Below the pieces are notes generated by a model. It was not told the origin of the DNA and searched no databases. It was given only the letters and a program-made list of their open reading frames with translations. From Prasinococcaceae sp. CCMP 1430 (lineage: Eukaryota > Plantae > Prasinodermophyta), in assembly GCA_013416795.1 (NCBI GenBank), contig RQSC01000032.1, positions 124,001-188,000 of the forward strand: a DNA stretch of 64,000 bases. Direction: 5' to 3'. Of the stretch, positions 12,171 to 21,770 are shown piece by piece (the stretch's first letter is position 1; the number at the start of each line of letters is the position of its first letter). The translations under genes were made by a program, and so were the position numbers.

Positions 12171-13039
12171 TCAGCTGGGGCCGCCCCCGGTGACCACCGC
12201 CGCGGCGGCCGCCGCTACTGCCGCAGCCGCGAGCGCAGCGGGCAGCGCCTCCGACGGGGAGCGGCGGTACGCGTCCGGCAGGGCGCCCTCGACGGCGCCG
12301 TCCTCGAGCGCGCGAAGCGCCTCCTGCCACTCGGGCGCGAGGCCCACCTCGGCGGCGCCCGCCGCGATGCGACCGAGGTACGCGCGGGGCGGCGGCAGGT
12401 CGGAGCGCTCGAGGGCCATGAGCGGCCTCGACACGAACGCGAGCGCGACCACTCGCTCGTCCTGCTGCGTCCCGTAGGGCGCCGCGACCACCTCCCTAAG
12501 AGCGTAGCCGCCCTCGGCACGCTCGAGCTCCCGCCACTCAGCGGCCGAAAGCTCCAGCAGGGCGCCATGAACCGGCCGGTCAAGCTCCGGCAGAACCGCT
12601 GTCGTTTTGTGAATCGGCGAGCGCAAGTGTGTGGCGGGGAGGGAGGAGGCGGAGGTACGTCAGCGCGCCGGTCGTGCGCCTGGCGCGGGCGCTGATGCGT
12701 ACCTTTGCCCGGCTCGACAAGCGTCGCGTACCCGCTTCGGTGTGCGAACGCCATCCGGAGCTGTGCATCCGGCCCGCAGAGCACCGCCGCGCGAGCGCCG
12801 GCGGCTGCGCCGTCAAGGCCGCGCCGCCGCAGGCTGGCGGAGCTCAGGTTGGCCCCGAAGGCGAAGGTGGTGACGGTGCTTTTGTGTTCGTCGTCGTGGG
12901 CGGTGGTGCTGCTGCCGTTCGATGCGCGAGCTGGGGAGGCGCATGTGCGCCGGGGGGGGGCAGGGCGCACGTGGAGCTCTTGGCGCTTGTGGACGCACTG
13001 ACGCGGCCGCTGACGCGGCCGTTGGTGCGAGCAGCGCAT
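12171..13039 (-). CDS. Gamma-glutamylcyclotransferase (GGCT/AIG2-like); intron 12599-12702
   Basis: FAFGANLS, AFAHRSGYATLV, spliced to VHGALLEL...LERAEGGY and PPRAYLGRIAAGA; start uncertain. Confidence 0.78.
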
Positions 13040-13248
13040 CGGGCTCGGCTGGCGTGCGCGCTGTGGCTGTCGCACCCGGCGCCGCATGCACGTCGCCCGC
13101 GGCAGTTTGCGAGTAGGACGGATATTTGGGTTGCGATCATTCGGGTTAGGTTTTAGGTCGTCTTCTGCACATGCTCGCTGCCGCGTAGGCCTCACGTGTA
13201 CATCGCCGGGCGTGGTCTTACAAGTGCGAGCCTCTGCACGAGCGCACA

Positions 13249-15819
13249 TCATGCGACGAAGAATTGCTGCGGACGCTCGAGCAGGTAATCCGCACCGCAC
13301 TCCTCCCAGGTTGCCCTGTCCACCGCGCGCCGACCAGCCCATGCCGTGCCGTCGGCCGCCATCGCAGCCGCGCCGCGCCAAGGGGCGAGCTCGGGCTGAC
13401 CCTCGCCAGCGACATGCACCGCGATCGCATCGCCCACGGGCCGCACGGCGCGCAGCTCCGCCTCGAGCCGAGCGCGGAGGCCTGGCATGCGCGCGACACC
13501 CCCCGAGAGCAGCACTCCACCCGTCGCAGCTGCAGCGGCCTCATGCGGCTCCAGTCTGCGCAGCGAGCTCAGTATGGCCTCCACCAGCCCGCCGCTGGCG
13601 GGAGCGCCAATCGTCGCCTCGGGCTGGAAGAGCGCCTCTGGCACCCAGACGCGCGAGGCACCCACGCGCAGCTGGTACGTCTCCGCGGTCTCTGGCGAGG
13701 CGTCGATGACGTGCACGTCGTCACCACCCGCCGCAGCTGCCTCCGCGACAGCTGCAGCGTCAGGGTCGAGCTCCCTGAGCCTGGCGATCAGCTTTCCCAG
13801 CTGCTCCTCGTCCTCCTTGGCCTCGTCCGAGTCGGAATCCTCGCCCGCCATCACACGGTACATGCGCCAGTCATCGTCGTCAGCGCCGAACGTGTCATCT
13901 TTCCCGTCGTCGAAAGCCGCGCTGGCCACCATGCGCATTTTGGAGCGCCGCGCGTTGCTGCGGCGGCCGCTGCTGGTGAGGTCGGGGGCACCAGCTCCCG
14001 AGCTACTACCGCTCTTCTTCCGTCGCGAGCGGCGCTCGTCCACCTTCGCCGTAAGGACCTTAATTTTCGTCCGCAGGCGAGACAGGTAGCCCTCCGGGTC
14101 GCGCGCTGCCTCCTCCTCCTCAGCAACTCGCCTGCGCTCCTCCGCGGCCTCCGCGGCCGCCTTAGCCTCCCGTTTACGCTGCCGGGCGTCCTCGCTGCCC
14201 TTCAGTAGGCGCAGCTTCTGCTTCTCCTTGCGCTGCGCCGTGTCGAGCTCCTCATCAGGCACCTGCAACAGCGAATAGTCGCGTACGGGTGCCTCCTTGC
14301 GCTTGAGCATGGCCTCCGCGACGTCATCGCCAGGCTCGGCGGGCTGTCCACGCAGCACACGCACGCTCGCCTTGGCTGCCGCGGTCGCCAGCTGCACGTG
14401 CTCAGCGTCCTTGTAGCCGTGTCCTGTAGCGAGCTCGTGCGCACTCTCCGCCCCATCAACACTCGCCGCGTGCGCTATCTGTTTGCAAAGCGCGTCCAGC
14501 GCGTTCACGGCGGCCTCCTTGTCCTCTGCCTTCTTCTCTCGCCGCGCGCGCGCCATGTCACGAAATCGCTGGGCGGCCGCTGCGCGGGCCTGCCGCCTCC
14601 TCTCGAGGTCCTCCTCAGTCGGTTGCGGTTTCTCCTTGGGTGGAGTCCAGGGCAGCTGCACCCGTGCGACCAGCCCGCGCGGCACGGCTGGCTCAGGCCC
14701 GGACGTGGACGCGGGCATGCCCACATCGGCGTCAGCGACCGACGCATCGGCCTCGCCTTCGGCACGGCCGCCGCGGCGCGGAAAGAGCGCCGGGTGCTCG
14801 GCCCTGGCGAGCGCGTCGACCGCCGCGTCGTACGCGCCACCTGCACCCTGCGCCACATAGCACAGCGTGTGCAGGATCTCCTCGGCGCGCTCGACAGACA
14901 CCTGCGCAGCAAGCGATGGGTTTGCGCCCGCCACGCGCGCGCGGCACGCGACAGCGAGCGTGCCACCGCCAACGTTGAGGCGCACAGCGGCGTCGAGCTT
15001 CGGCGCGCCGCCAACGATTGGCACAATGGAGGTGGCCGAGTGGCCGCAGCACACCGAGATACAGCTCGTGCCCGCGCCACCGGCGCCCGCGCGCCCGTAC
15101 GCCGCAAGCGGCGCATCAGGCAAGAGGGCGAGCGCATCGACGCCGTAGCCCTCGAAGGCGAGCTCGGCCGTCTGCGCCCTCGCCGTCCTCGGACACAGCA
15201 CACACTCGGTGAGCAAGAGGCGGCCGCCGCGAACGCTCGCGCCCTGCTCGTTGTCATTGTCGCCGGCGCCGATCCCGGCACGCGCAAAGGCGACGTCGAG
15301 CACGCGGGCGTACGCTTCGTGATTGACCACCACGCCGCCCTGCGGGAGGGCGCGTAGACGGCAAGGAAGGGAGGAAGGGTTAGCTCGCGGCGCTGCGTGC
15401 GCGGGGCGGAGCAGCTGGCGCTTGGGACGATTCGCGCTGCGCACCTCGAATGGAGACACCCCGCGCGCGGCGGCGCCGCCACGCGGCACGTCGAAGGCAG
15501 CAGCGAGGCGCGGATCGATGGCGCCTACGAGCATCGCCGGCGCGCCGTCTGCCCTCCGCCGCACGCGCGTGACGAGCGAGCGCACGCGCGCGGCGGCCGG
15601 CGACGCCGGCACACGCGACTGCGTACGCGGCAGGTGGAGCTGGATGCGAGCGGTGGGTGGCGTCGGCGGCGCACTCTCGCCTCGGAGGGTGCGCGGCCGG
15701 GCCGCCGCTGCTGGGGGCGCGAGCGCGCTCGGCGGGGCTGCCTGCGCTCCCGCTGATGTCCTCACGTTCTGGTTCGGGCCCGAGTGGGAGCTCCCGCCAG
15801 CCACGCGCAACGAGCTCAT
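13249..15819 (-). CDS. ARP5: Actin-related protein 5 (INO80 subunit); intron 15340-15444; start at ATG 15819 or 15534
   Basis: SPFE|GGVV, LLLTEC, ELAFEGYG, RLNVGG, long charged insert, DDTFGADDDDWRMY, VPEALFQP, LLSGG, WRGAA. Confidence 0.88.
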   Translation of the reverse strand: MSSLRVAGGSSHSGPNQNVRTSAGAQAAPPSALAPPAAAARPRTLRGESAPPTPPTARIQLHLPRTQSRVPASPAAARVRSLVTRVRRRADGAPAMLVGAIDPRLAAAFDVPRGGAAARGVSPFEVRSANRPKRQLLRPAHAAPRANPSSLPCRLRALPQGGVVVNHEAYARVLDVAFARAGIGAGDNDNEQGASVRGGRLLLTECVLCPRTARAQTAELAFEGYGVDALALLPDAPLAAYGRAGAGGAGTSCISVCCGHSATSIVPIVGGAPKLDAAVRLNVGGGTLAVACRARVAGANPSLAAQVSVERAEEILHTLCYVAQGAGGAYDAAVDALARAEHPALFPRRGGRAEGEADASVADADVGMPASTSGPEPAVPRGLVARVQLPWTPPKEKPQPTEEDLERRRQARAAAAQRFRDMARARREKKAEDKEAAVNALDALCKQIAHAASVDGAESAHELATGHGYKDAEHVQLATAAAKASVRVLRGQPAEPGDDVAEAMLKRKEAPVRDYSLLQVPDEELDTAQRKEKQKLRLLKGSEDARQRKREAKAAAEAAEERRRVAEEEEAARDPEGYLSRLRTKIKVLTAKVDERRSRRKKSGSSSGAGAPDLTSSGRRSNARRSKMRMVASAAFDDGKDDTFGADDDDWRMYRVMAGEDSDSDEAKEDEEQLGKLIARLRELDPDAAAVAEAAAAGGDDVHVIDASPETAETYQLRVGASRVWVPEALFQPEATIGAPASGGLVEAILSSLRRLEPHEAAAAATGGVLLSGGVARMPGLRARLEAELRAVRPVGDAIAVHVAGEGQPELAPWRGAAAMAADGTAWAGRRAVDRATWEECGADYLLERPQQFFVA

Positions 15820-16459
15820 GAACACGCCTGAGTACCTCAAGCCCCGCTACAAGCTGTGGTTCTTCGGAAGTGACGCGTTCGACAACGAGTGCAGGGCCTT
15901 CGAGCCCCTGCTCGCCGAAGCGGAGGCCGCCAACGGAGAGCCTGATGACAAGAAGCGCGGAGAGTCTCTCGCGGCCCTCGCTGGCGAAGAGTGGCTGGAG
16001 GGCGCGTCGGCGGACGCCCGCGTCGCCCGGCTGGTCCTCCTGGACCAGATAGCGCGCAACGCGCGCCGCGGCACGCAGGGCGCGTTCGTGTTCGACGCGG
16101 AGGCGGCTGCGCTGGCCCGGCGAATGATCGTGGAGCACGCCGACACCGACGAGGAGAAATCTGAGGTGGCTAATACTGCCGTGCTTGGCTTCGTGTCGAC
16201 GGCGCTGATGCACAGCGAGTGCTTAACTGACCACCTAATGCTGCGCGACCTGCTCGACGTGGGCGCTGGCGGCTGGCGGCGCGTTGCCGACCAGCGTGGG
16301 TTCGCCGATTCGCACCGCGCAGTCATCGAGCGCTTTGGGCGTTACCCGCACCGCAACGGTGCCCTGGGAAGGCAGAATTCTCCCGAGGAGGCGGCGTGGC
16401 TGGACTCTGACGAGGTGCCCGGCTGGGCGCGCTCGCAAGCCAAGCTTTCCAGGGGCTGA
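15644..16459 (+). CDS. DUF924 family protein
   Basis: DVLTFWF, LWF...FD, LVLLDQIARN, ALMHSE, HRAVIERFGRYPHRNGALGR. Confidence 0.88.
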   Translation: MRAVGGVGGALSPRRVRGRAAAAGGASALGGAACAPADVLTFWFGPEWELPPATRNELMNTPEYLKPRYKLWFFGSDAFDNECRAFEPLLAEAEAANGEPDDKKRGESLAALAGEEWLEGASADARVARLVLLDQIARNARRGTQGAFVFDAEAAALARRMIVEHADTDEEKSEVANTAVLGFVSTALMHSECLTDHLMLRDLLDVGAGGWRRVADQRGFADSHRAVIERFGRYPHRNGALGRQNSPEEAAWLDSDEVPGWARSQAKLSRG

Positions 16460-16835
16460 CGAGCGAGCGAGAGACACCCACCGCAGAGGGCCATAATGAT
16501 CGCCCGCCGACGCAGCTCCCGGCGAACGGGCGCCGAGACCGGCGTCGCCGCCGTGTGCGCCTCCCTCTGCGAGCGCGTGCAGCGCCAGCAGCAGGTCGGG
16601 CAGGGCGGGCAGCGCCGACGGCGTGTGCTCGGGCGAAGGCGTTGCCGCTAATAAGTAATAATGAGGCGCTCTCCCTGCCTCCCTCCCCTCTCTCCATCGC
16701 CCCCCCACACCCCCTGGCCGCTCTCAGCTTTCGGCTTGCCGCGCATGCAGCTGCCAGGTGACATTCCTGGAGCACAGAAACACGAAGCAATTCACCAACC
16801 AACCAATTGAAGGTCAATTGTCAGCAGCGCCTCGG

Positions 16836-17822
16836 ATGCCACGCCTGGATCCGGCCGTCGGTTCCGAAGGGCAGGATTTCTGTCGCGCCCGCAGGTCAGT
16901 GCGTCAACATTTTCGGTTCCGCCCTGGGAAGGAGGGAGGAACGACAACGTTTTTTTTTTTTCGGAGGGGGGGTCGTGCGACGCGTGGCGTCGAGCCCTGG
17001 TCAGAACGCAGGCGCCCGCGGGCGCAGCGCGAGCGGCAGCTGGCGCGCGCCGCGGGGGGACAGGACATCGACGACGCTACCAAGGGCGTGTACGCCGGGG
17101 TGGCCGGCTACGTCGACCGCACGGCGGGCTTTCGCAGGGAGGCGCAGCTTAGCGGCGCCGAGCAGGCGAATCGGGGACCGGCGCGCGCGGCGGCGAACGT
17201 GCGCTATCACTTCCGCATGGACTACCAGCCCGACGTGTGCAAAGACTACAAGCAAACAGGATATTGGTGCGTGTGCCTGAGCCATGCATTGGCGATTCCC
17301 AACCGACACGCGTGCGCTCGTGCGCTCGAATGCGCCACCACGCGCGACCAGCGCTGACGCCCCCCGCTACTGCGGCGCCGCCTCACCGCCGCGCCTGTGG
17401 CCGCGCCGCGCCTTTGCAGTGGATACGGCGACGCGTGCATCTTCCTGCACGATCGCGGCGACTACAAGGCGGGCTGGCAGCTCGACCAAGAGTGGGAGGA
17501 AGAGCAGAAAAAGAAGCGCGAGCGCGAGGAGCGCATAGCAAACGGCGAGTTCGTCGAGGACGAGGAGGAGGATGATGCGAAGCGCGGCAAGGGCGACGAC
17601 CTGCCGTTCGGGTGCGCAATCTGTCGTGAGCCGTTCGTCGACCCCGTGGTCACGCGTTGCAAGCACTACTTCTGCGAGCACTGCGCGCTCAAGAGATATG
17701 CCAACAACAAGACGTGCGCCGTTTGCGGCAAGGACACAGGGGGCCAATTCAATGTGGCGCACGACATCTTGCGGCGGAGGAAGCAGCTGGAGCGCGAGGC
17801 GAAGAGGGCCAGGACGTCGTAG
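16836..17822 (+). CDS. RNF113A: RNF113A/Cwc24 splicing factor (CCCH + RING); intron 17267-17419; 5' structure uncertain
   Basis: [70 protein letters not shown]...CAVC. Confidence 0.9.
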
Positions 17823-18754
17823 GCCGGATCACGTGGCGCGCGCGAGCGGCACGGTGCAGTAATAATTAACAATTGTCTCATAGATGCAACGCCTTGAGCT
17901 GGCGGGATGGGCCTGAGAGGCACGCCGCATTTACCAGCATGGACGCGGCACGCGCGCATGGTCTCACCAGGGTCGCTGGAGGCACGCGCCGGCACACCTC
18001 CGACGAGGCTGCGCGAGCACATGCGAGCGGCGATCCAGCGACAGAGCTGGGTCCCTCGCTCACGAGACGAGGACGAGGGCCCTGCCGTGCAACGGCAGAG
18101 GGCGACCCGGCGGCCTTTTTTTTTTTTTTTTAATGATCCCCGGCGGGCGCCCGCCCTCGCCTTCGCCCTCGCCCCGCGGTTCGGCGGCAGGGTCACGCGC
18201 TGGCGCCGCGCCGCCCTCTCGGCGCCGGCGTTCTTTTCAGCCTATCAAAGCTCAATTCAGCGCGAATTTTTTTTTGGGGGGTTGGGGGAGAGTTGCCGAG
18301 TTGGGGTTGGCGTCGCCGCAGCGGTCTGTGTGGCCCTCGCGGGCGCCTAGGGGGCCCCGGCGGCGCCGCGGGTGCCACAAGCTGCGCGCGCCGCGCCCGG
18401 TGCTCTGCGTGCCCCCTTGCGCGCGTGGCGCGGGGTCCTGAGGGCTTCTCCAGTCGCGCTCGCAGCCTCACTCTTCACCGTCGTCGCCCGCGTGTGCGTG
18501 GTCGCGCGCGTGCCCTCTCTCCGTACGCGCGAGGGGGGCGGCGGCGCCGCCGCGCTGCTTCGGCGGCGACGGGCGCGCGCCGCCGGGCACCGCCGCTATG
18601 CGCGGGCGAGGACGGCAGTGGCACGCGCACGCGCCCCAACGGCCGCGGTAGGCCGCGCCGCACCATCGAGAATCCGTCCGGCGTGGGCTCGCGGCGGTCG
18701 CAGACGGGTGATGCGTCGCCGGCAGTGGGCCAGGACGTTTCGAGCGCCTCGGGC

Positions 18755-19624
18755 ATGTCCGTGGAGGAGATGTACGCGTCGCTCGGCGTGGAGGATGAGC
18801 CCGGCAAGGACCGGCTGTGGCGAGCGATCCGCCAGGAGGCCAAGCGCGACTCCGAGAAGGAGCCCGCGCTGGCGTCCTTCCTTTACTCGACCATCCTGGC
18901 GCAGAGCTCGCTGGAGGACGCGCTGTCGTTCCACATGGCAAACAAGCTGTCCTCGCCCACGTTGCTGTCGACGCACCTGTTCGAGCTCTTCCGCGCCGCC
19001 ATGGATGAAGACCCCACCATCGGCAAGGCGGTGCGCGCTGACATTCTCGCGGTGGCGGAGCGCGACCCCGCGTGCTGCTCGTTCTCGCAGGCGCTGCTGT
19101 ACTTCAAGGGCTTTATCGCGCTCGAGGTGCACCGCGTCGCGCACCGGCTGTGGCAGACGGGCCGGCGGCCGCTCGCGCTGGCGCTGCAAAGCCGCGTGTC
19201 CGAGAACTTTCACGTCGACTTTCACCCAGCGGCGTGCATCGGCAGCGGGCTGCTGCTCGACCACGCAACGGGCATCGTGGTCGGCGAGACGGCGGTGGTG
19301 GGTGACAACTGCTCCATGCTGCACCACGTGACGCTCGGCGGCACGGGCAGCGCCGGCGGCGACCGCCACCCGAAGATCGGGGACTGTGTGCTCATCGGCG
19401 CCAGCTCGACGCTGCTCGGCCCCATCGAGGTGGGATGCGGCGCCAAAATCGGCGCAGGTTCGGTCGTGCTCACCGACGTGCCGGCGTACACGACCTTTGT
19501 CGGCGTGCCCGCGCGGCAGCTCGGCGAGGCAAAGCCGCCCACCTCGCAGCCGGGGACGGAGATGGACCAGACGAGCTACGTCGAGGAATTCGAGAGAAAC
19601 GGATGGGATGACTGGGTGATTTGA
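18755..19624 (+). CDS. SAT: Serine O-acetyltransferase (possible upstream transit-peptide extension)
   Basis: EPALASFLYSTIL, ERDPAC, LYFKGF, DFHPAACIG, LDHATGIVVGETA, VTLGGTG, DRHPKIG. Confidence 0.95.
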   Translation: MSVEEMYASLGVEDEPGKDRLWRAIRQEAKRDSEKEPALASFLYSTILAQSSLEDALSFHMANKLSSPTLLSTHLFELFRAAMDEDPTIGKAVRADILAVAERDPACCSFSQALLYFKGFIALEVHRVAHRLWQTGRRPLALALQSRVSENFHVDFHPAACIGSGLLLDHATGIVVGETAVVGDNCSMLHHVTLGGTGSAGGDRHPKIGDCVLIGASSTLLGPIEVGCGAKIGAGSVVLTDVPAYTTFVGVPARQLGEAKPPTSQPGTEMDQTSYVEEFERNGWDDWVI

Positions 19625-21578
19625 GACGCCACCATCGCGAGCCGCTGTAAATGTACACGTTATTGCACGCGTCCGCCCACTCTCGCGAGAGCTCGCCCGT
19701 TGCGGCGTCCCACAGGCGCACTGCGCCATCGCGGCCGCACGAGGCGATCAGCGCGCCGCTGCAGAGTGCGATCGCGCACCGCACGCCGCCTGCGTGCCCC
19801 TCCGCGTGCGACCACAGCCGGCGCGTCTCCCAGCGACCGCCCCAGCCGAGCCCTGGTGGCATGCGCAGGTCGATGGCAGAGAGCGCGCCGCCGCGACCGC
19901 CGATGACCACGATGCTGCCGCCCGCCACCCCGGCACACAGGCAGCGCGCGCCAGCGCCGTCGGAGTTCACACGCGCGCTGGCAACCACCGACGCGCGGGG
20001 TGGCAACAGCGAGTCCCACACGACCACGTCCTCGTGCGCGGCAGCGCCCACACCTGCGGCGGCGACCACCGAGGAGCGCGCCGACACACCCGACGAACCC
20101 TGCAGCCAAGTCACGCCGCACGCGCGGTGCTGGAAGCAGCGGCGGAAGTCGCGCGCGCCGTGCAGGCCGCGGCCTCCGCAATCGAGCCGCCAGAGCGATA
20201 GCACACCGCCGTTGTCGCCCGCCGCGAAGTGCGTGCCATTGTCATCGAACGCCACGTCGCAGACAGAGAAGCTGGAACCGCCCTCGCCGTACGCCGCCAG
20301 GGGTGCCTCAGTGCCGAAGCCCCACAGTAGCGCCTGCCCCGCCGAGGTGCCCGTGACGAAGAGGGGCTGCGTCGGATGCGACGCCGCGCACGTCACCGGC
20401 GCGTCCTCCCGCCGCACGTCTGCAAGCGCCGAGCGCAAAGGCGAGTCCAAGACGTCGTCCGCGTGCATCAGAGTGGGCGTGCGAGTGGCAATGGGCTCAA
20501 GTCCGAGGCTCCAAGGGCTCGTCGCGCCCGCAGCGGCGACCATGGGGAATGCAGGAGGCGACGTCATCGGATTGGCGCCCGGCGAAGACGTTGTCATCGG
20601 ACTGCCACTCGAGCCGGCCGCAGCGTGCGCTTGGCGCGCCGGGATGCCACTCGCCTGCTCGGACCCGGCGGTGTAGCCTCTGCTCGCGCTCGCAGCAGCT
20701 TCTGCGGAGAGAGGCACGCCGCCGGGCGCGTCGCTGCCCTGGATTACGACAGCAGGCATCATCCAGCGCGAGGCATAGGGCGGAAACGCGGACGCGCTCG
20801 CGAGCAGGAGCGGCGACTCGGCATGGTGAGCAGTAGCCGGCGGTGTGCCCAGAACGGATTCCCGCACGATCCCCTCGACAACACCGCGTCGGTGCGTGAC
20901 AACGGCGAAATGACACGACGACGGCTCATCCGAGGGTCCGTTGCGGACCGACACGCCCAGCAAGTGCTCGCCCGGCACGCGAAAGACCTCGACCGGGTCG
21001 CTAAAGTGCGAAAACGAGAGTGCCCCACCGAGCGCATCCGCGGTGGCGCCGACAGCGTGCTCGTCGGCCGCATCTCGTTGCTCGCCCTGTCGCTGGCCCC
21101 CATCGCCCTCCGCCCCGCCAAAGCGGCCAGGAGCCTCCACTCGTACGGCGGCGCGCTTCGAGTGCAGGGACGCCAAGTGCTCACGCTGAGCCTCACCTCG
21201 CGCACATACGACAGAATCGCCAAAATGGCGGGCCAGAGCACGCAGCGCGTCATCAACGCACCCCCCATCGTCCGGATTGCCCACACCCTCGTCGTGCCCC
21301 GCGCCGCCGGTGGCTGACCAGCACGCACACAGCTTGCTGAGCCTGCCCATGACGGCAGCTCGAGAAGACTCGCGTACGCCACCGCCGGCGCTGTCACTGC
21401 TGCCGCTCACCGCGTGCAATCGCCTCAGGGCTGCCAGCGGTAGCCCAAGACCCTCAAGCGTGTGCGCGGCGCCCGCGGCGAGAGCTTCGAGCCCTTTATT
21501 GGAAATGAGGCTACCGCGATTTGAATGTCCCAATCGTCGCGCCATGGCGTCCACCATATCGAACGCCCGCGCGTCCAT
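19470..21578 (-). CDS. WD40 protein matching the C-terminal part of DMXL/Rabconnectin-3 alpha
   Basis: SHPTQPLFVTG, VAFDDNG, VVVWDSLLPP, IGGRGG, HAGGVR, SCGRDGAVRLWD in the same order as the DMXL C-terminal propeller; start uncertain (single N at 21689). Confidence 0.72.
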   Translation of the reverse strand: MDARAFDMVDAMARRLGHSNRGSLISNKGLEALAAGAAHTLEGLGLPLAALRRLHAVSGSSDSAGGGVRESSRAAVMGRLSKLCACWSATGGAGHDEGVGNPDDGGCVDDALRALARHFGDSVVCARGEAQREHLASLHSKRAAVRVEAPGRFGGAEGDGGQRQGEQRDAADEHAVGATADALGGALSFSHFSDPVEVFRVPGEHLLGVSVRNGPSDEPSSCHFAVVTHRRGVVEGIVRESVLGTPPATAHHAESPLLLASASAFPPYASRWMMPAVVIQGSDAPGGVPLSAEAAASASRGYTAGSEQASGIPARQAHAAAGSSGSPMTTSSPGANPMTSPPAFPMVAAAGATSPWSLGLEPIATRTPTLMHADDVLDSPLRSALADVRREDAPVTCAASHPTQPLFVTGTSAGQALLWGFGTEAPLAAYGEGGSSFSVCDVAFDDNGTHFAAGDNGGVLSLWRLDCGGRGLHGARDFRRCFQHRACGVTWLQGSSGVSARSSVVAAAGVGAAAHEDVVVWDSLLPPRASVVASARVNSDGAGARCLCAGVAGGSIVVIGGRGGALSAIDLRMPPGLGWGGRWETRRLWSHAEGHAGGVRCAIALCSGALIASCGRDGAVRLWDAATGELSREWADACNNVYIYSGSRWWRLKSPSHPIRFSRIPRRSSSGPSPSPAARWAALPRRAAARARRQRSCTPARR

Positions 21579-21770
21579 GCGCCCGCGCGAGGCGAGCGCT
21601 GCCGCTGCTGCGTTCGAGTCACCCGCGCACGCGTGGAGGACGCACAAGTTCCACGCGCAGCTCTGCCGATGCTGCTCGGCGGAGACGCNGCTGCTGCCGC
21701 CGGCGCCGGCGCCGGAGCCGGCGGTGGCGGTGGCGGCGGCCCCGCCGAGAGGGCCAACACGGAGGGCAGC

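Noticed and set aside
10545-12695. 716-aa + strand ORF, and similar long ORFs at 33318-34934 (+), 45834-47264 (-) and 28277-29647 (+)
   Set aside because: Antisense shadows of real genes caused by GC3 bias; no motifs.
16495-16655. Short ORFs on both strands between DUF924 and RNF113A
   Set aside because: No recognisable motif or consistent codon bias; cannot be supported as a gene.
17901-17960. TPP riboswitch or RNase P CR-I-like match (GGGATGGGCCTGAGAG)
   Set aside because: Downstream TPP elements (ACCTGAT, AGGGA) and a complementary P4 strand are absent.
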